A DNA stretch of 64,000 bases from an uncultured Acidobacteriota bacterium (GTDB taxonomy: Bacteria; Actinomycetota; Acidimicrobiia; Spongiisociales; ZC4RG35). Position 1 is the stretch's first letter, and each line of letters begins with the position of its first letter. Shown here piece by piece: positions 1 through 8,195 of this stretch. The DNA lies in contig CAWHEU010000018.1 in NCBI GenBank assembly GCA_963828465.1, positions 96,001 to 160,000 of the forward strand, read 5' to 3'. A model generated the notes under the pieces. It saw only the letters and a program-made list of their open reading frames with translations. It was not told the origin of the DNA and made no database searches. Position numbers and translations under genes: made by a program.

Positions 1-119
1 GCCTTGCCCCGCTGTACACCACCCATCTGGATGTCCACACTGCGGTTCAGCGGCTGAGGCTGATCGTCGAAGGTGGTGTGCATACGGGCTACGACCGGAC
101 CAGGCAAACGGTCACGTAG
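1..119 (+). CDS. kynU: 3' end of probable kynureninase (partial)
   Basis: Frame from base 3 reads LAPLYTTHLDVHTAVQRLRLIVEGGVHTGYDRTRQTVT-TAG, resembling the kynureninase C-terminus (APLYT...R..VT). Confidence 0.6.
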   Translation, partial: LAPLYTTHLDVHTAVQRLRLIVEGGVHTGYDRTRQTVT

Positions 120-134
120 GGGTCTGACATTGGC

Positions 135-211
135 TGGTGGGCGATACTGGACTTGAACCAGTGACCTCGCGCGTGTGAGGCGCGCGCTCTAGCCAACTGA
201 GCTAATCGCCC
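135..211 (-). tRNA. tRNA-Val(CAC)
   Basis: Reverse complement GGGCGATTAGCTCAG...CGCGC-CTCACAC-GCGCG...GGTTCAAGTCC...CGCCCACCA gives a cloverleaf with encoded CCA. Confidence 0.96.
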
Positions 212-322
212 TGGGTGCCAAAGAGTACAGGCTCCCCGAGCCCTGGCCACAACCCAAACCGACCGAACGCAGTCGCCGCTTCGTAGAGTGTGATGGCGAA
301 ACAGCCCTCTCGAGGAGGAAGG

Positions 323-748
323 ATGACCACCGAGCCACCGACGCCATCGGAGCCCGAAAGTCCGCAGCCCATCGCCCCAACTCCCGCTGATACCACAGCG
401 TCATTGGGTGGTATGTCAGGCGAGATTATCGTGATGGTCTCCGGGATCCTGATACTCGGCGTCCATGTGATATTCGGTTTGATTGCCAATGAGTGGTACG
501 CGCAATTTCTGTCGGTAGTCGCAGCCACCTTCGCAGTGATTCTTCCCCGAGTGACATCAGTTGGCTCCGGGATCAGCGGCGCGACATTGCAAAAGATCAC
601 TGGATATGTGATCGCTGGGGCCGGTCTTTGGGACTTCGTGTCAACCCTCCGATTCGGTTGGGGCGGCTTCGTGGACGTCGTCGGCTGGACCCTCCTCGCA
701 GTTGCCGCTGTTCTGGCCTTCGTCGGCGCCCGCGCCATTGAAGAGTGA
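323..748 (+). CDS. hypothetical membrane protein (about 4 TM helices)
   Basis: Four hydrophobic segments; AGGAAGG just upstream of ATG 323. Confidence 0.7.
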   Translation: MTTEPPTPSEPESPQPIAPTPADTTASLGGMSGEIIVMVSGILILGVHVIFGLIANEWYAQFLSVVAATFAVILPRVTSVGSGISGATLQKITGYVIAGAGLWDFVSTLRFGWGGFVDVVGWTLLAVAAVLAFVGARAIEE

Positions 749-775
749 TCTCTCGTCCGACGGATCGATCAAGGC

Positions 776-1117
776 ATGAACAGATCTGAGTTCGACGCGG
801 CCGTGGATCGTGCCCTCGATGGCCTTCCCACGTGGGTGGTGGAGCGGGTGGACAATTTGCATGTGGTGGTCGAGGACTGGCCCACCGAGGAGCAGGGGGA
901 CGTCCTGGGCATCTATGAAGGCGTTTCGCTCTTGGAGCGCTCATCCGACTACTGGGGCGCCCTGCCCGACCGAATCATCGTCTTCCGTGAGCCTCATCTC
1001 GAGCTGGGTCTCAGCGATGAAGACCTCGAAGAAGAGATACGGAGGACCGTGCTCCACGAATTGGCCCACCACCTCGGCATCGACGACAGCAGACTCGAGG
1101 AGCTCGGCTGGGATTGA
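776..1117 (+). CDS. zincin-like metallopeptidase family protein
   Basis: LGIYEGV..., LPDRIIVFREP and TVLHELAHHLGIDD (HExxH). Confidence 0.88.
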   Translation: MNRSEFDAAVDRALDGLPTWVVERVDNLHVVVEDWPTEEQGDVLGIYEGVSLLERSSDYWGALPDRIIVFREPHLELGLSDEDLEEEIRRTVLHELAHHLGIDDSRLEELGWD

Positions 1118-1516
1118 CTACGAGCGGCGTCTGGTGGCGGGGATCCCGGCCCTCTTGAGCACCTCGGCCGACACGCCGAACTGCCGCCACGTGCTGTAAC
1201 TGATCCCTTTTCTCTCGGAGTACGACTTGGCGTGGGCAGTGAAGCCGGCAGCCAGTTCTTCTGGATCAACAGTGTTTTCCACGCTACCCAGCGCCTTCTC
1301 GGTGTCTGCTCTCGACTGCATGAGATCGAGCCGTTTCAGCGGATTTGGCTCCGACTTCAACTTTGAATCGATGGTGGAGAGCTTCTTCTGCAAGCTCCCC
1401 TTTGTCACCGGGCGACCTCGCTTTTTGTTGCCTAAAGCATCGAGATAAGCCTTGACGGAACGCGCCTCGAGTCGTCCCTGCGCCAGGGCCGCCTTGTGCT
1501 CCTCGGACATGGCCAT
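1118..1516 (-). CDS. small basic hypothetical protein with AT-hook-like motif (possible DNA-binding protein)
   Basis: 132 aa, Lys/Arg-rich, KKRGRP motif, coiled-coil middle, GAGGAG RBS. Confidence 0.75.
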   Translation of the reverse strand: MAMSEEHKAALAQGRLEARSVKAYLDALGNKKRGRPVTKGSLQKKLSTIDSKLKSEPNPLKRLDLMQSRADTEKALGSVENTVDPEELAAGFTAHAKSYSERKGISYSTWRQFGVSAEVLKRAGIPATRRRS

Positions 1517-1594
1517 TGCCTGCTCCTCAATGTCGTGTGGGACGGGATATTACCCAAGATATGGGATCGCATTGCCGGTAGGAATTATCATGAG

Positions 1595-1618
1595 AAACCC
1601 CCACAGTTGTGGGGGTTT
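1595..1618. terminator. hairpin, probable intrinsic terminator
   Basis: AAACCCCCACA-GT-TGTGGGGGTTT perfect inverted repeat. Confidence 0.6.
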
Positions 1619-1713
1619 GCTGTCGTGGGTGTCCCGCCGCCGTGGTCGTGTCGGAGATGCCCAACTCGGGGTGCCGCTCCTGCATCGAATCGAATTAGTG
1701 GAGACGAGGCCCC

Positions 1714-1908
1714 ATGCAGGAAGTCTCAAACGTCCTCAATGCGGGATACCCTGTCAGCGTGAAGATCAGACCGAAGACCGCCGAGGAACTGGAAGACACC
1801 GCCTTGTACAAGGAGCTGAAAGAGTCGGGTGCGTTGCACTCGCCCGGCATCTACACGGTCGAGGACCTCGAAGCCGACGACGAAGAACTGCGGGCTCAGG
1901 GCAAGTAG
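1714..1908 (+). CDS. small acidic hypothetical protein
   Basis: 64-aa ORF with GGAG/GAGG upstream and an AGGGATCC...GGATCCCT inverted repeat downstream. Confidence 0.5.
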   Translation: MQEVSNVLNAGYPVSVKIRPKTAEELEDTALYKELKESGALHSPGIYTVEDLEADDEELRAQGK

Positions 1909-2168
1909 CCAGGGATCCGGTCAGAGCCCGGTCCGGAGGATCCCTCTCTCGGTAGGTCGCCGGCATGACGGTGTCCGGTCCTGGTCAACTCGCCGGTGCG
2001 CATGATCCAACCCCAACTACACGCCTACTCCCATTCGGGCATGGCGCGTAGGTCGGTGAGGACGCCTGGGCTCACTGGCCACGAGCGGAGCGCTTCGAGC
2101 AGCCAAGACATTTCAGGCATGACCGGAACACAGGACATGTGGCAGAAGGTACGGGCGGGTAGTGACGC

Positions 2169-2255
2169 CTACTCGCCTCTGTTCGCCGCCCACAGCATCG
2201 ACGATGCCAGGAACCCGACCACCGCTCCCGCGAAGAAGATGAGTGCCTCGATCAT
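2169..2255 (-). CDS. 28-aa single-TM peptide
   Basis: MIEALIFFAGAVVGFLASSMLWAANRGE*, with AAGGGGA upstream; below the ORF-track size cutoff. Confidence 0.45.
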   Translation of the reverse strand: MIEALIFFAGAVVGFLASSMLWAANRGE

Positions 2256-2451
2256 TCGCTCAGATATCCCCTTGGCTCGTTAGGTAGTTCTGGGACCTCT
2301 TGCCGCTCAGGGTCTGGAAGCGTGTGGTTGTAGCAACCTAGCCCCCACGGACACGGAAGGTCGGGAAACCTGACGTGGAGTTTTCTCCGAATCTGATGGA
2401 GAAGCACGTTCTCGATCGAAATTGAAAGACAGGTTCGCGTTGTGAAGGAGA

Positions 2452-2496
2452 GGTGGGCCCTACTGGACTTGAACCAGTGACCTCTTGCGTGTCGAG
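2452..2496 (-). repeat. att-site direct repeat (3' half of tRNA-Val(GAC))
   Basis: GGTGGGCCCTACTGGACTTGAACCAGTGACCTCTTGCGTGTCGAG is identical to 6344-6388. Confidence 0.93.
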
Positions 2497-3297
2497 GAAC
2501 CCGACACATGTTCGCCAGTGTCCGTGGGTGTAGTTGAAAACCGGCTCCTATCAGGGCTTATAGAGGCTCGATGAGGTTTTCGTCAGGTGGTGGTTGATGA
2601 TCGCCGGAACCCCTGTTTTCGGGAGATAGGCACCCTGAAAGGCACCCGTAAGAATCTTCCAGGTGTGGTGCGGGCCGCCATCGTGTTTGTCCTCGGTGAA
2701 GGCGGAGACGACGCCAACGGGACTGGGATCGAGGGGGAGTCGGCCGTGCAGACCTGATAGATCAGGTGACCCGTCTCAGTCCGGCCACCAGGCTCCACAT
2801 CGCAGACAACCCCGCGGTGTACGCCATGAGAGAGGCATCGAGGTAGTCGTGGACTGGTCAGGACGAGCAGCTATCAGCTCAGAAGATGCAGCCGCTCTCG
2901 TCGCAGAAGCCACAGCCCTTACCCCCGAACAGGCAACCTCTGTGGGCCTCAGTCGTGAACGAGGCCACGGGTGCGATGAGACACATTCCGGCACCCCAAA
3001 TGTTCACCTTCTGGCCGTCCGCCGGCACGTATCCCACGGTTCCAATTCAGCGATTACATAACTGAAAAGCGCCGCCGGCTCCGGGGGCGCCGACTGGGCT
3101 GGGAGAGACCGGGGGAGAAGGCGGGAGGGATGGCCTATGAACATGGCCTCGAACACGGAATGGGTGGCAGGCGTAGTCCTCCTCAGGGACGAAAACTGCA
3201 CCGGATGTGGTCACGATGGGTGGTCGCACTTCTATGACAGGGTGGGAATGCTGGCCGAGTGTCACGCTCCGACCTGTCATTGTCTGCGGTACACGTC

Positions 3298-3399
3298 ATG
3301 AGCATCTTCATGATCTGGATGTTGACTGAGATCGTGATCCTGGTTCTGATAGCTGTTCTCTGGCCGTGGCCTCCTCAGCCACCAAGGGGGGGCCGATGA
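3298..3399 (+). CDS. 33-aa single-TM peptide
   Basis: MSIFMIWMLTEIVILVLIAVLWPWPPQPPRGGR*; stop overlaps the next start (ATGA). Confidence 0.45.
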   Translation: MSIFMIWMLTEIVILVLIAVLWPWPPQPPRGGR

Positions 3400-3623
3400 A
3401 ACTGTGGCTCCATGCCCGAGGGGGAAGGCACAAGCGGTGGATGATCGAAGCCGAGTCAGCAGTGAACGCCTCTTACCATCTCAAAGCCAACGGTGATCCT
3501 CTCGCCGGGTGGGACAAGATGCGAATGGCGACCAACATGCTCGCCGGCTGCGGCTGCCCATCTTCTCTGTGGCCTGAGACGGTGAGGGAGGCGGTGACTT
3601 CGACATCGGTGTTGGATCGATGA
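3396..3623 (+). CDS. hypothetical protein (may continue past a frameshift near 3598)
   Basis: MKLWLHARGG... after a G-rich RBS; another frame continues with protein-like IDDESYLATVRKLIIDYL. Confidence 0.45.
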   Translation: MKLWLHARGGRHKRWMIEAESAVNASYHLKANGDPLAGWDKMRMATNMLAGCGCPSSLWPETVREAVTSTSVLDR

Positions 3624-3774
3624 TGAGAGCTACCTGGCGACGGTCCGCAAGCTGATCATCGACTACCTGATGGATCTCACCGTGGAGGGCTTCGGGATGG
3701 TGGGGAATGAGCATCCAGTATTACGCCGAGATGGAGCCCGGTCCCCCAAGGCTCAGATCATCTTCCCCCGCATG

Positions 3775-3820
3775 GAAGCCCCGACGGGTTTGGCCGACGG
3801 GCCTGTCGGGGCTTCTTGTT
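3775..3820 (+). terminator. intrinsic terminator-like hairpin
   Basis: GAAGCCCCGACGGG...CCTGTCGGGGCTTC followed by TTGTT. Confidence 0.55.
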
Positions 3821-3955
3821 GGTCCTTGATCCGAATGCTTCACCCACAAAAGCCCTCTCAGTAGATTCCGTTTCTTTGAGAGGAGCCGTCGGACACCCTG
3901 CCCACCCGTGGAGATTTAGATTGATTGCTCAACAAACCGGGGTGGGCCTTCCCGG

Positions 3956-5141
3956 TTAGGGGGCGTTGAGGGTCCAGTTTCCGTCTGCCGTTATGTCGAG
4001 GATGGCGGTGCCGGTGGGGATCAGATCGGTCCGGAGTATGCGCCGATTTCGTTGACGATGAGCCCAGCGATGCTGCCGTTGGATTGGTAGCCCCAGATGA
4101 TGAAGTTGCTGGTTCCGTGGTGGATGGATGTCAGTGTTGATGCCGAGCCGTCGTACCGAACAATGTCGTCCCCCGAGCCGCTCAAAGACGAAGTCATAAC
4201 CGTGACTTCGGTCATGGGTCGGGCTGTAATCGACCAGGCGCCGTCGGCAGTGATGTCTAGATGCCGGACAAATCAGGTGCAGTGAACCATCCTCCGTGCA
4301 CCATTCTCCGACCCTCGTAAGGCCCGATCTCGTTGACCAACAGGTCGATCATTCCGAACGAGCTGTCGAGACTCCATACGATGAAATTGCCGGTCCCATC
4401 ATGGGTGAGGTCGAGGACTGCTGGTACGTCTCCGGGTATCCGAAAGTCGATGACATCATTTCCGACGCCGGTCACGGTGAACTTGGCGAAAGAGCCAGGG
4501 GGTGGTGGTGTCGGTGGACGTATCGGTGTCAGTCCGAGGGCTCGTGTCAGGAACCCTGCCATCTGACCTCGGGTCACGTTGTCAGTGGGACAGAGTTGGT
4601 GTTGGCTGGCGGGCTGCATCCGAGCGTGATCCGTGCGTCGGCCACCTTGTTGATGCCCGGTTCGAAAATCGAACTGTTGTCGTCGATGAAATGGTCGTTG
4701 GTCGAGTCGGGCAGGTTTTCTGCTCTCGACAGGAAGGCGGCCATCTCTCCACGGGTGATTGTGTCGTCTCCGCAATAGCGGCCTGGGGCACAACCTTGGG
4801 TCAAGCCGGTCTGGGCTAGTCGGTTGGCTGCGTCTTCGTAGACCTTGCCGTTGTCGTCGGTGAAGAAGTCGAGCGTGGTCGTCGGCAGGTCGTAGCCACG
4901 GACGATGAAGATCGCCATCTGACCACGTGTCACCTGATCGTCAGGACAGTATCTGGTGTTCGCCGGTGGGTTACAGCCGAGAGTGATGCCTTCGGCGGCG
5001 ATCGCCTCGATAGCTCCCCTCGAAAACGCTGTCGTTGTCGTCGGTGAACGTGCCGCCAGGTGGCAGCTGCGCGAATGCGGCCGAGGCTGTGAGTAGAACA
5101 CCCAAGCCTGCTGCTGCACTGATCAATCGCCACTTTCCCAT
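3956..5141 (-). pseudogene. secreted S-layer homology (SLH) domain protein, frameshifted
   Basis: Signal peptide MGKWRLISAAAGLGVLLTASAAFA; three SLH-like repeats (TRGQMA/TRGEMA); Pro linker; duplicated C-terminal module (NFIxW...LxVNEIGxYxG...LDITADGxW). Frame breaks near 5015, 4595, 4265 and 4025. Confidence 0.8.
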
Positions 5142-5374
5142 TGGGAACCCCCTTGCCGGGTCGAGTGGTCGCATCGAACCTAGTCGTGGGCACGATCCCG
5201 TTCAGCAGGGCTCCTGCATGACCTGCCGTTCATGTCACAGCCGGCTCGTACCGTTTCGAGGGTGAGTGACTGTCCTGAATGTGACCATCCGGTCATCCAC
5301 CGCAACGAACATGGCTGATTCGCCGCTCCCGATTGCGCCTGCACAGAACAGTCCGACTGTGTAATTTCAGAGTG

Positions 5375-5626
5375 ATGGATCCTCCCAAGTACCCGCTAGG
5401 AACGATGGTTCGTGGACGGCAGGCCGGCTGGGATGCGGCCAAGGAAGACGACTATGTCGCATCTTTTGAGCAAGGCCTGGACATTGTGCCGTCATTCGAG
5501 GATGTCCCCGAGTTTGTCGAGGGACCTCTGGAGGGCTTTTGGGTGCAGGTGACCGCAGAAAAGGGATACTTCAAGCATGTTGTCGGGGGATATGACGTTG
5601 ACCCCGAGACCTTGGAACTGTTATGA
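5375..5626 (+). CDS. small acidic hypothetical protein
   Basis: MDPPKYPLGTMVRGRQ...VDPETLELL*, globular-looking composition. Confidence 0.55.
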   Translation: MDPPKYPLGTMVRGRQAGWDAAKEDDYVASFEQGLDIVPSFEDVPEFVEGPLEGFWVQVTAEKGYFKHVVGGYDVDPETLELL

Positions 5627-5730
5627 CCTTGCCCCGATGGACTACGACTGCAATGAGTCCGTAGGGACAGCCCATTCACCGATCTAGAGCCAAAGTGGGC
5701 CACATGATGCGGGGGCGCACGGGACGCCGT

Positions 5731-5946
5731 CTAAGGCGTTTTCCGCGGTCCCCGTGACTCGGAGTGCGGGCTACTTGTCGCCAGGTGTCTGCCAGATGTC
5801 GTGTTTTCGGGTGACTCCGGCTTTGGCTCGGCATAGGTTCCGCACGATTCGGACATAGTCCCAACGTGAACCCACGGCGTTTTGGCGTTCGCTCTGATAA
5901 TCCACTCGTCGCAATGTCGGCACAGCCCGTCGGGTTTGTTCGCCAT
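5731..5946 (-). CDS. small Cys/His protein (possible Zn-binding, phage-like)
   Basis: MANKPDGLCRHCDEWI...WVH...SC within the longer ORF 5731..6309. Confidence 0.35.
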   Translation of the reverse strand: MANKPDGLCRHCDEWIIRANAKTPWVHVGTMSESCGTYAEPKPESPENTTSGRHLATSSPHSESRGPRKTP

Positions 5947-6311
5947 CGGTACCGTTATCGGTAATTGAATGGATTCCGCTACGGCCCGCGGGCTAGTCCT
6001 CATGGACGTTTTCACCATGGAACGTGCGCACTGATACGACGAACCCTCCACTCGCCGGGCATTTGATGTGATTCGATGGCTTGCGACGGATGGGGGGTTG
6101 TCGGTGCGGGTTCCTAACGGACGCCCGGAGGCGTCACCCTGCACAGTTCCGAAACATAGTTCGTGACATCGCCGTGATCGGCCTGCAGTCCGAGTCATGG
6201 CGAGTGTGTTGCGCCGTTTAGATCGCTTCCTGGGGGTGTTAGAACGCCTGTTCGGTGCCGATCGGCACCCTGGACGATTCCAGCCTGTCTCCGAGCTGAT
6301 CCTGGACATGG

Positions 6312-6340
6312 GAAAACCCCAGGTGATCCCTGGGGTTTTC
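6312..6340 (-). terminator. terminator after the tRNA cluster
   Basis: GAAAACCCCAGG-TGATC-CCTGGGGTTTTC inverted repeat immediately 3' of tRNA-Val. Confidence 0.8.
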
Positions 6341-6342
6341 GG

Positions 6343-6420
6343 TGGTGGGCCCTACTGGACTTGAACCAGTGACCTCTTGCGTGTCGAGCAAGCGCTCTAG
6401 CCGGGCTGAGCTAAGGGCCC
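6343..6420 (-). tRNA. tRNA-Val(GAC)
   Basis: GGGCCCTTAGCTCAG...CTTGC-TCGACAC-GCAAG...GGTTCAAGTCC...GGGCCCACCA. Confidence 0.93.
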
Positions 6421-6432
6421 GAGTTCCCTCCT

Positions 6433-6506
6433 TGGAGGCGACGACCGGAATCGAACCGGTGTGACGGGTTTTGCAGACCCGCGCCTAACCACTCGGCCAC
6501 GTCGCC
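6433..6506 (-). tRNA. tRNA-Cys(GCA)
   Basis: GGCGACGTGGCCGAGTGG...CGGGT-CTGCAAA-ACCCG...GGTTCGATTCC...GTCGCCTCCA. Confidence 0.96.
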
Positions 6507-6531
6507 GAGACCGGACGACTCGAGTCGTCGG

Positions 6532-6605
6532 AGCGGAAGACGGGATTCGAACCCGCGACCTCAACCTTGGCAAGGTTGCGCTCTAGCCAACTGAGCTACT
6601 TCCGC
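6532..6605 (-). tRNA. tRNA-Gly(GCC)
   Basis: GCGGAAGTAGCTCAG...CAACC-TTGCCAA-GGTTG...GGTTCGAATCC...CTTCCGCT; CCA not fully encoded; TAGAAT -10 box at 6617-6622. Confidence 0.96.
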
Positions 6606-6650
6606 ACGGGTAACGCATTCTAACTGTGCGCCCATTCCAGCCAAACAGCA

Positions 6651-7079
6651 TCACGAGCCGGTCGAACCGAAGCCGCCCGAGCCCCTGGAGGTCTCATCCA
6701 GCCTCTCCACCTCCACCCATTCGACATCTGGGATCGGGACCACAGCCAGCTGCGCGATCCGCTCGCCCCTGGAGAAGCTGACCCTCTCGGATCCGTGGTT
6801 GATGAGGAGCACCGACACCTCGCCGCGGTACCCCGAGTCGATGAGCCCGGGTCCGTTGACGACGCCCACCCCGAGGCGCTGCGCGTGACCGCTGCGGGGC
6901 AGGACCAGGCCGGCGAAGCCGTGGGGTATGGCTACGGCGAGTCCCGTAGGAACTGAGGCCCTCTCCCCCGGTTCCAAAATCACTTCATATCTGGCCTGAA
7001 GATCTACCGCCGCGTCGCCGATATGTGATCGCGAGGGAATTTCCACTTCCGGATCGAGTCTTATGAAACTAGCTTGCAT
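6651..7079 (-). CDS. dut: dUTP diphosphatase
   Basis: PRSG, GLIDSGYRGE, ERIAQL and RGSGGFGSTG motifs. Confidence 0.95.
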   Translation of the reverse strand: MQASFIRLDPEVEIPSRSHIGDAAVDLQARYEVILEPGERASVPTGLAVAIPHGFAGLVLPRSGHAQRLGVGVVNGPGLIDSGYRGEVSVLLINHGSERVSFSRGERIAQLAVVPIPDVEWVEVERLDETSRGSGGFGSTGS

Positions 7080-7127
7080 TCTGGAGTCACGGGGCATCGG
7101 GCGGGATGACCTGACGACTGTAAATGA

Positions 7128-8195
7128 GTGGTCCCGATGACTGCCACATCACAATCCAGGCGCGGCTCCGTGAGGAGCCCGTCGATGGAATCCCTGGGGT
7201 TCCTGGACGCGCCTTCCCGCTCGTGGAGCACGCCCTCTTCCACGCCGACCGGTGGGTCGGCGGCGCCCGCGACCAACGGGTCGCAGGTCACAACCCTGGT
7301 GACGGTGCCGCTCGGCCGCCACAGCCCACACAGCGAGCCAACGGGCGAGCTCGTGAAGGACATGTGGGAGACCACCGAGTTGCATGCCCCGTCCCTGCTC
7401 GACTGGACACCCGACGCCTTCGGCACCAAGCACCTCGGCCAGCGCCGCTTTCGCTGGCCCATGGTTCTGTCCCTCATGGCAATCCTCTTGGCCGCGGCCG
7501 GGTTCGCCTATTGGCTCTATCAGGAGCCGGCGAGTTCCGCAGCCGCAGCCCTCGGCGACGTTCGGTCGCAGGCGGAAGCGCTCGCGATAGCGATCGATGA
7601 CGTCGCTCCGCTCGTGAATGGTCTCGACCTGGATCGTCTCCCCGATGCCAATCAGGACGCATCGGTGTTCCTTCCCATGGGCGATAGGGCTCGGGCGATG
7701 TTCGCTGCTTCTGCGGATCTGCCCTCCGATGCCTCCGATGATCGATCGACGGCGGCCGAAGCCGCCGGTCTGGCCATCGACGCCTCCCGTCAGCTGATCG
7801 ACGCCACCGCATACCGCACGGCCCTGGAGCCTGCTCTCACCTTGCCTTTGCTCGAGACCGATCCGGACCTGACCGACATCACAACAGCTACCGACGCATT
7901 CACCGAATGGCGCGCCGGGTTCGAATCCGTCCGGGCCGCGCTTCCCGCCGGCATCGCTGACCAGGCGAGTTCGGCCCTGGAAACCATCAGCGCCGGACTC
8001 GAGACGACCCAAACGGCATATTTGGATGCCATTCGCACAGACAACCGGACCGCCGCCGTCGAGATAGTGGGAACACTCAGGGCGGACCTCTTGGGTGTTC
8101 GACAGGCGATGCTCACCGACATCGGCGCCGTGTCCGACTCGGTGTCCGCCCTCATCGAAGAGGCGCGGACGGATCTCAGCCGCCTACTCGGCTGA
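7128..8195 (+). CDS. hypothetical membrane-anchored alpha-helical protein
   Basis: One TM segment (RRFRWPMVLSLMAILLAAAGFAYWLY) followed by an Ala/Asp-rich helical region; start uncertain. Confidence 0.7.
   Translation: MVPMTATSQSRRGSVRSPSMESLGFLDAPSRSWSTPSSTPTGGSAAPATNGSQVTTLVTVPLGRHSPHSEPTGELVKDMWETTELHAPSLLDWTPDAFGTKHLGQRRFRWPMVLSLMAILLAAAGFAYWLYQEPASSAAAALGDVRSQAEALAIAIDDVAPLVNGLDLDRLPDANQDASVFLPMGDRARAMFAASADLPSDASDDRSTAAEAAGLAIDASRQLIDATAYRTALEPALTLPLLETDPDLTDITTATDAFTEWRAGFESVRAALPAGIADQASSALETISAGLETTQTAYLDAIRTDNRTAAVEIVGTLRADLLGVRQAMLTDIGAVSDSVSALIEEARTDLSRLLG

Larger units (their letters stand above)
2452..6388. mobile_element. tRNA-Val(GAC)-anchored genomic island without an integrase gene
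   Basis: Flanked by a 45-bp direct repeat; low coding density, small ORFs and an SLH cargo gene. Confidence 0.8.

Noticed and set aside
135-211. Similarity of tRNA-Val(CAC) to the repeat at 2452 as an att pair
   Set aside because: It shares only the T-arm region; the repeat matches tRNA-Val(GAC) exactly over 45 bp.
2025-2027. In-frame TAG as pyrrolysine read-through
   Set aside because: No supporting context; a nonsense mutation in decayed island DNA is simpler.
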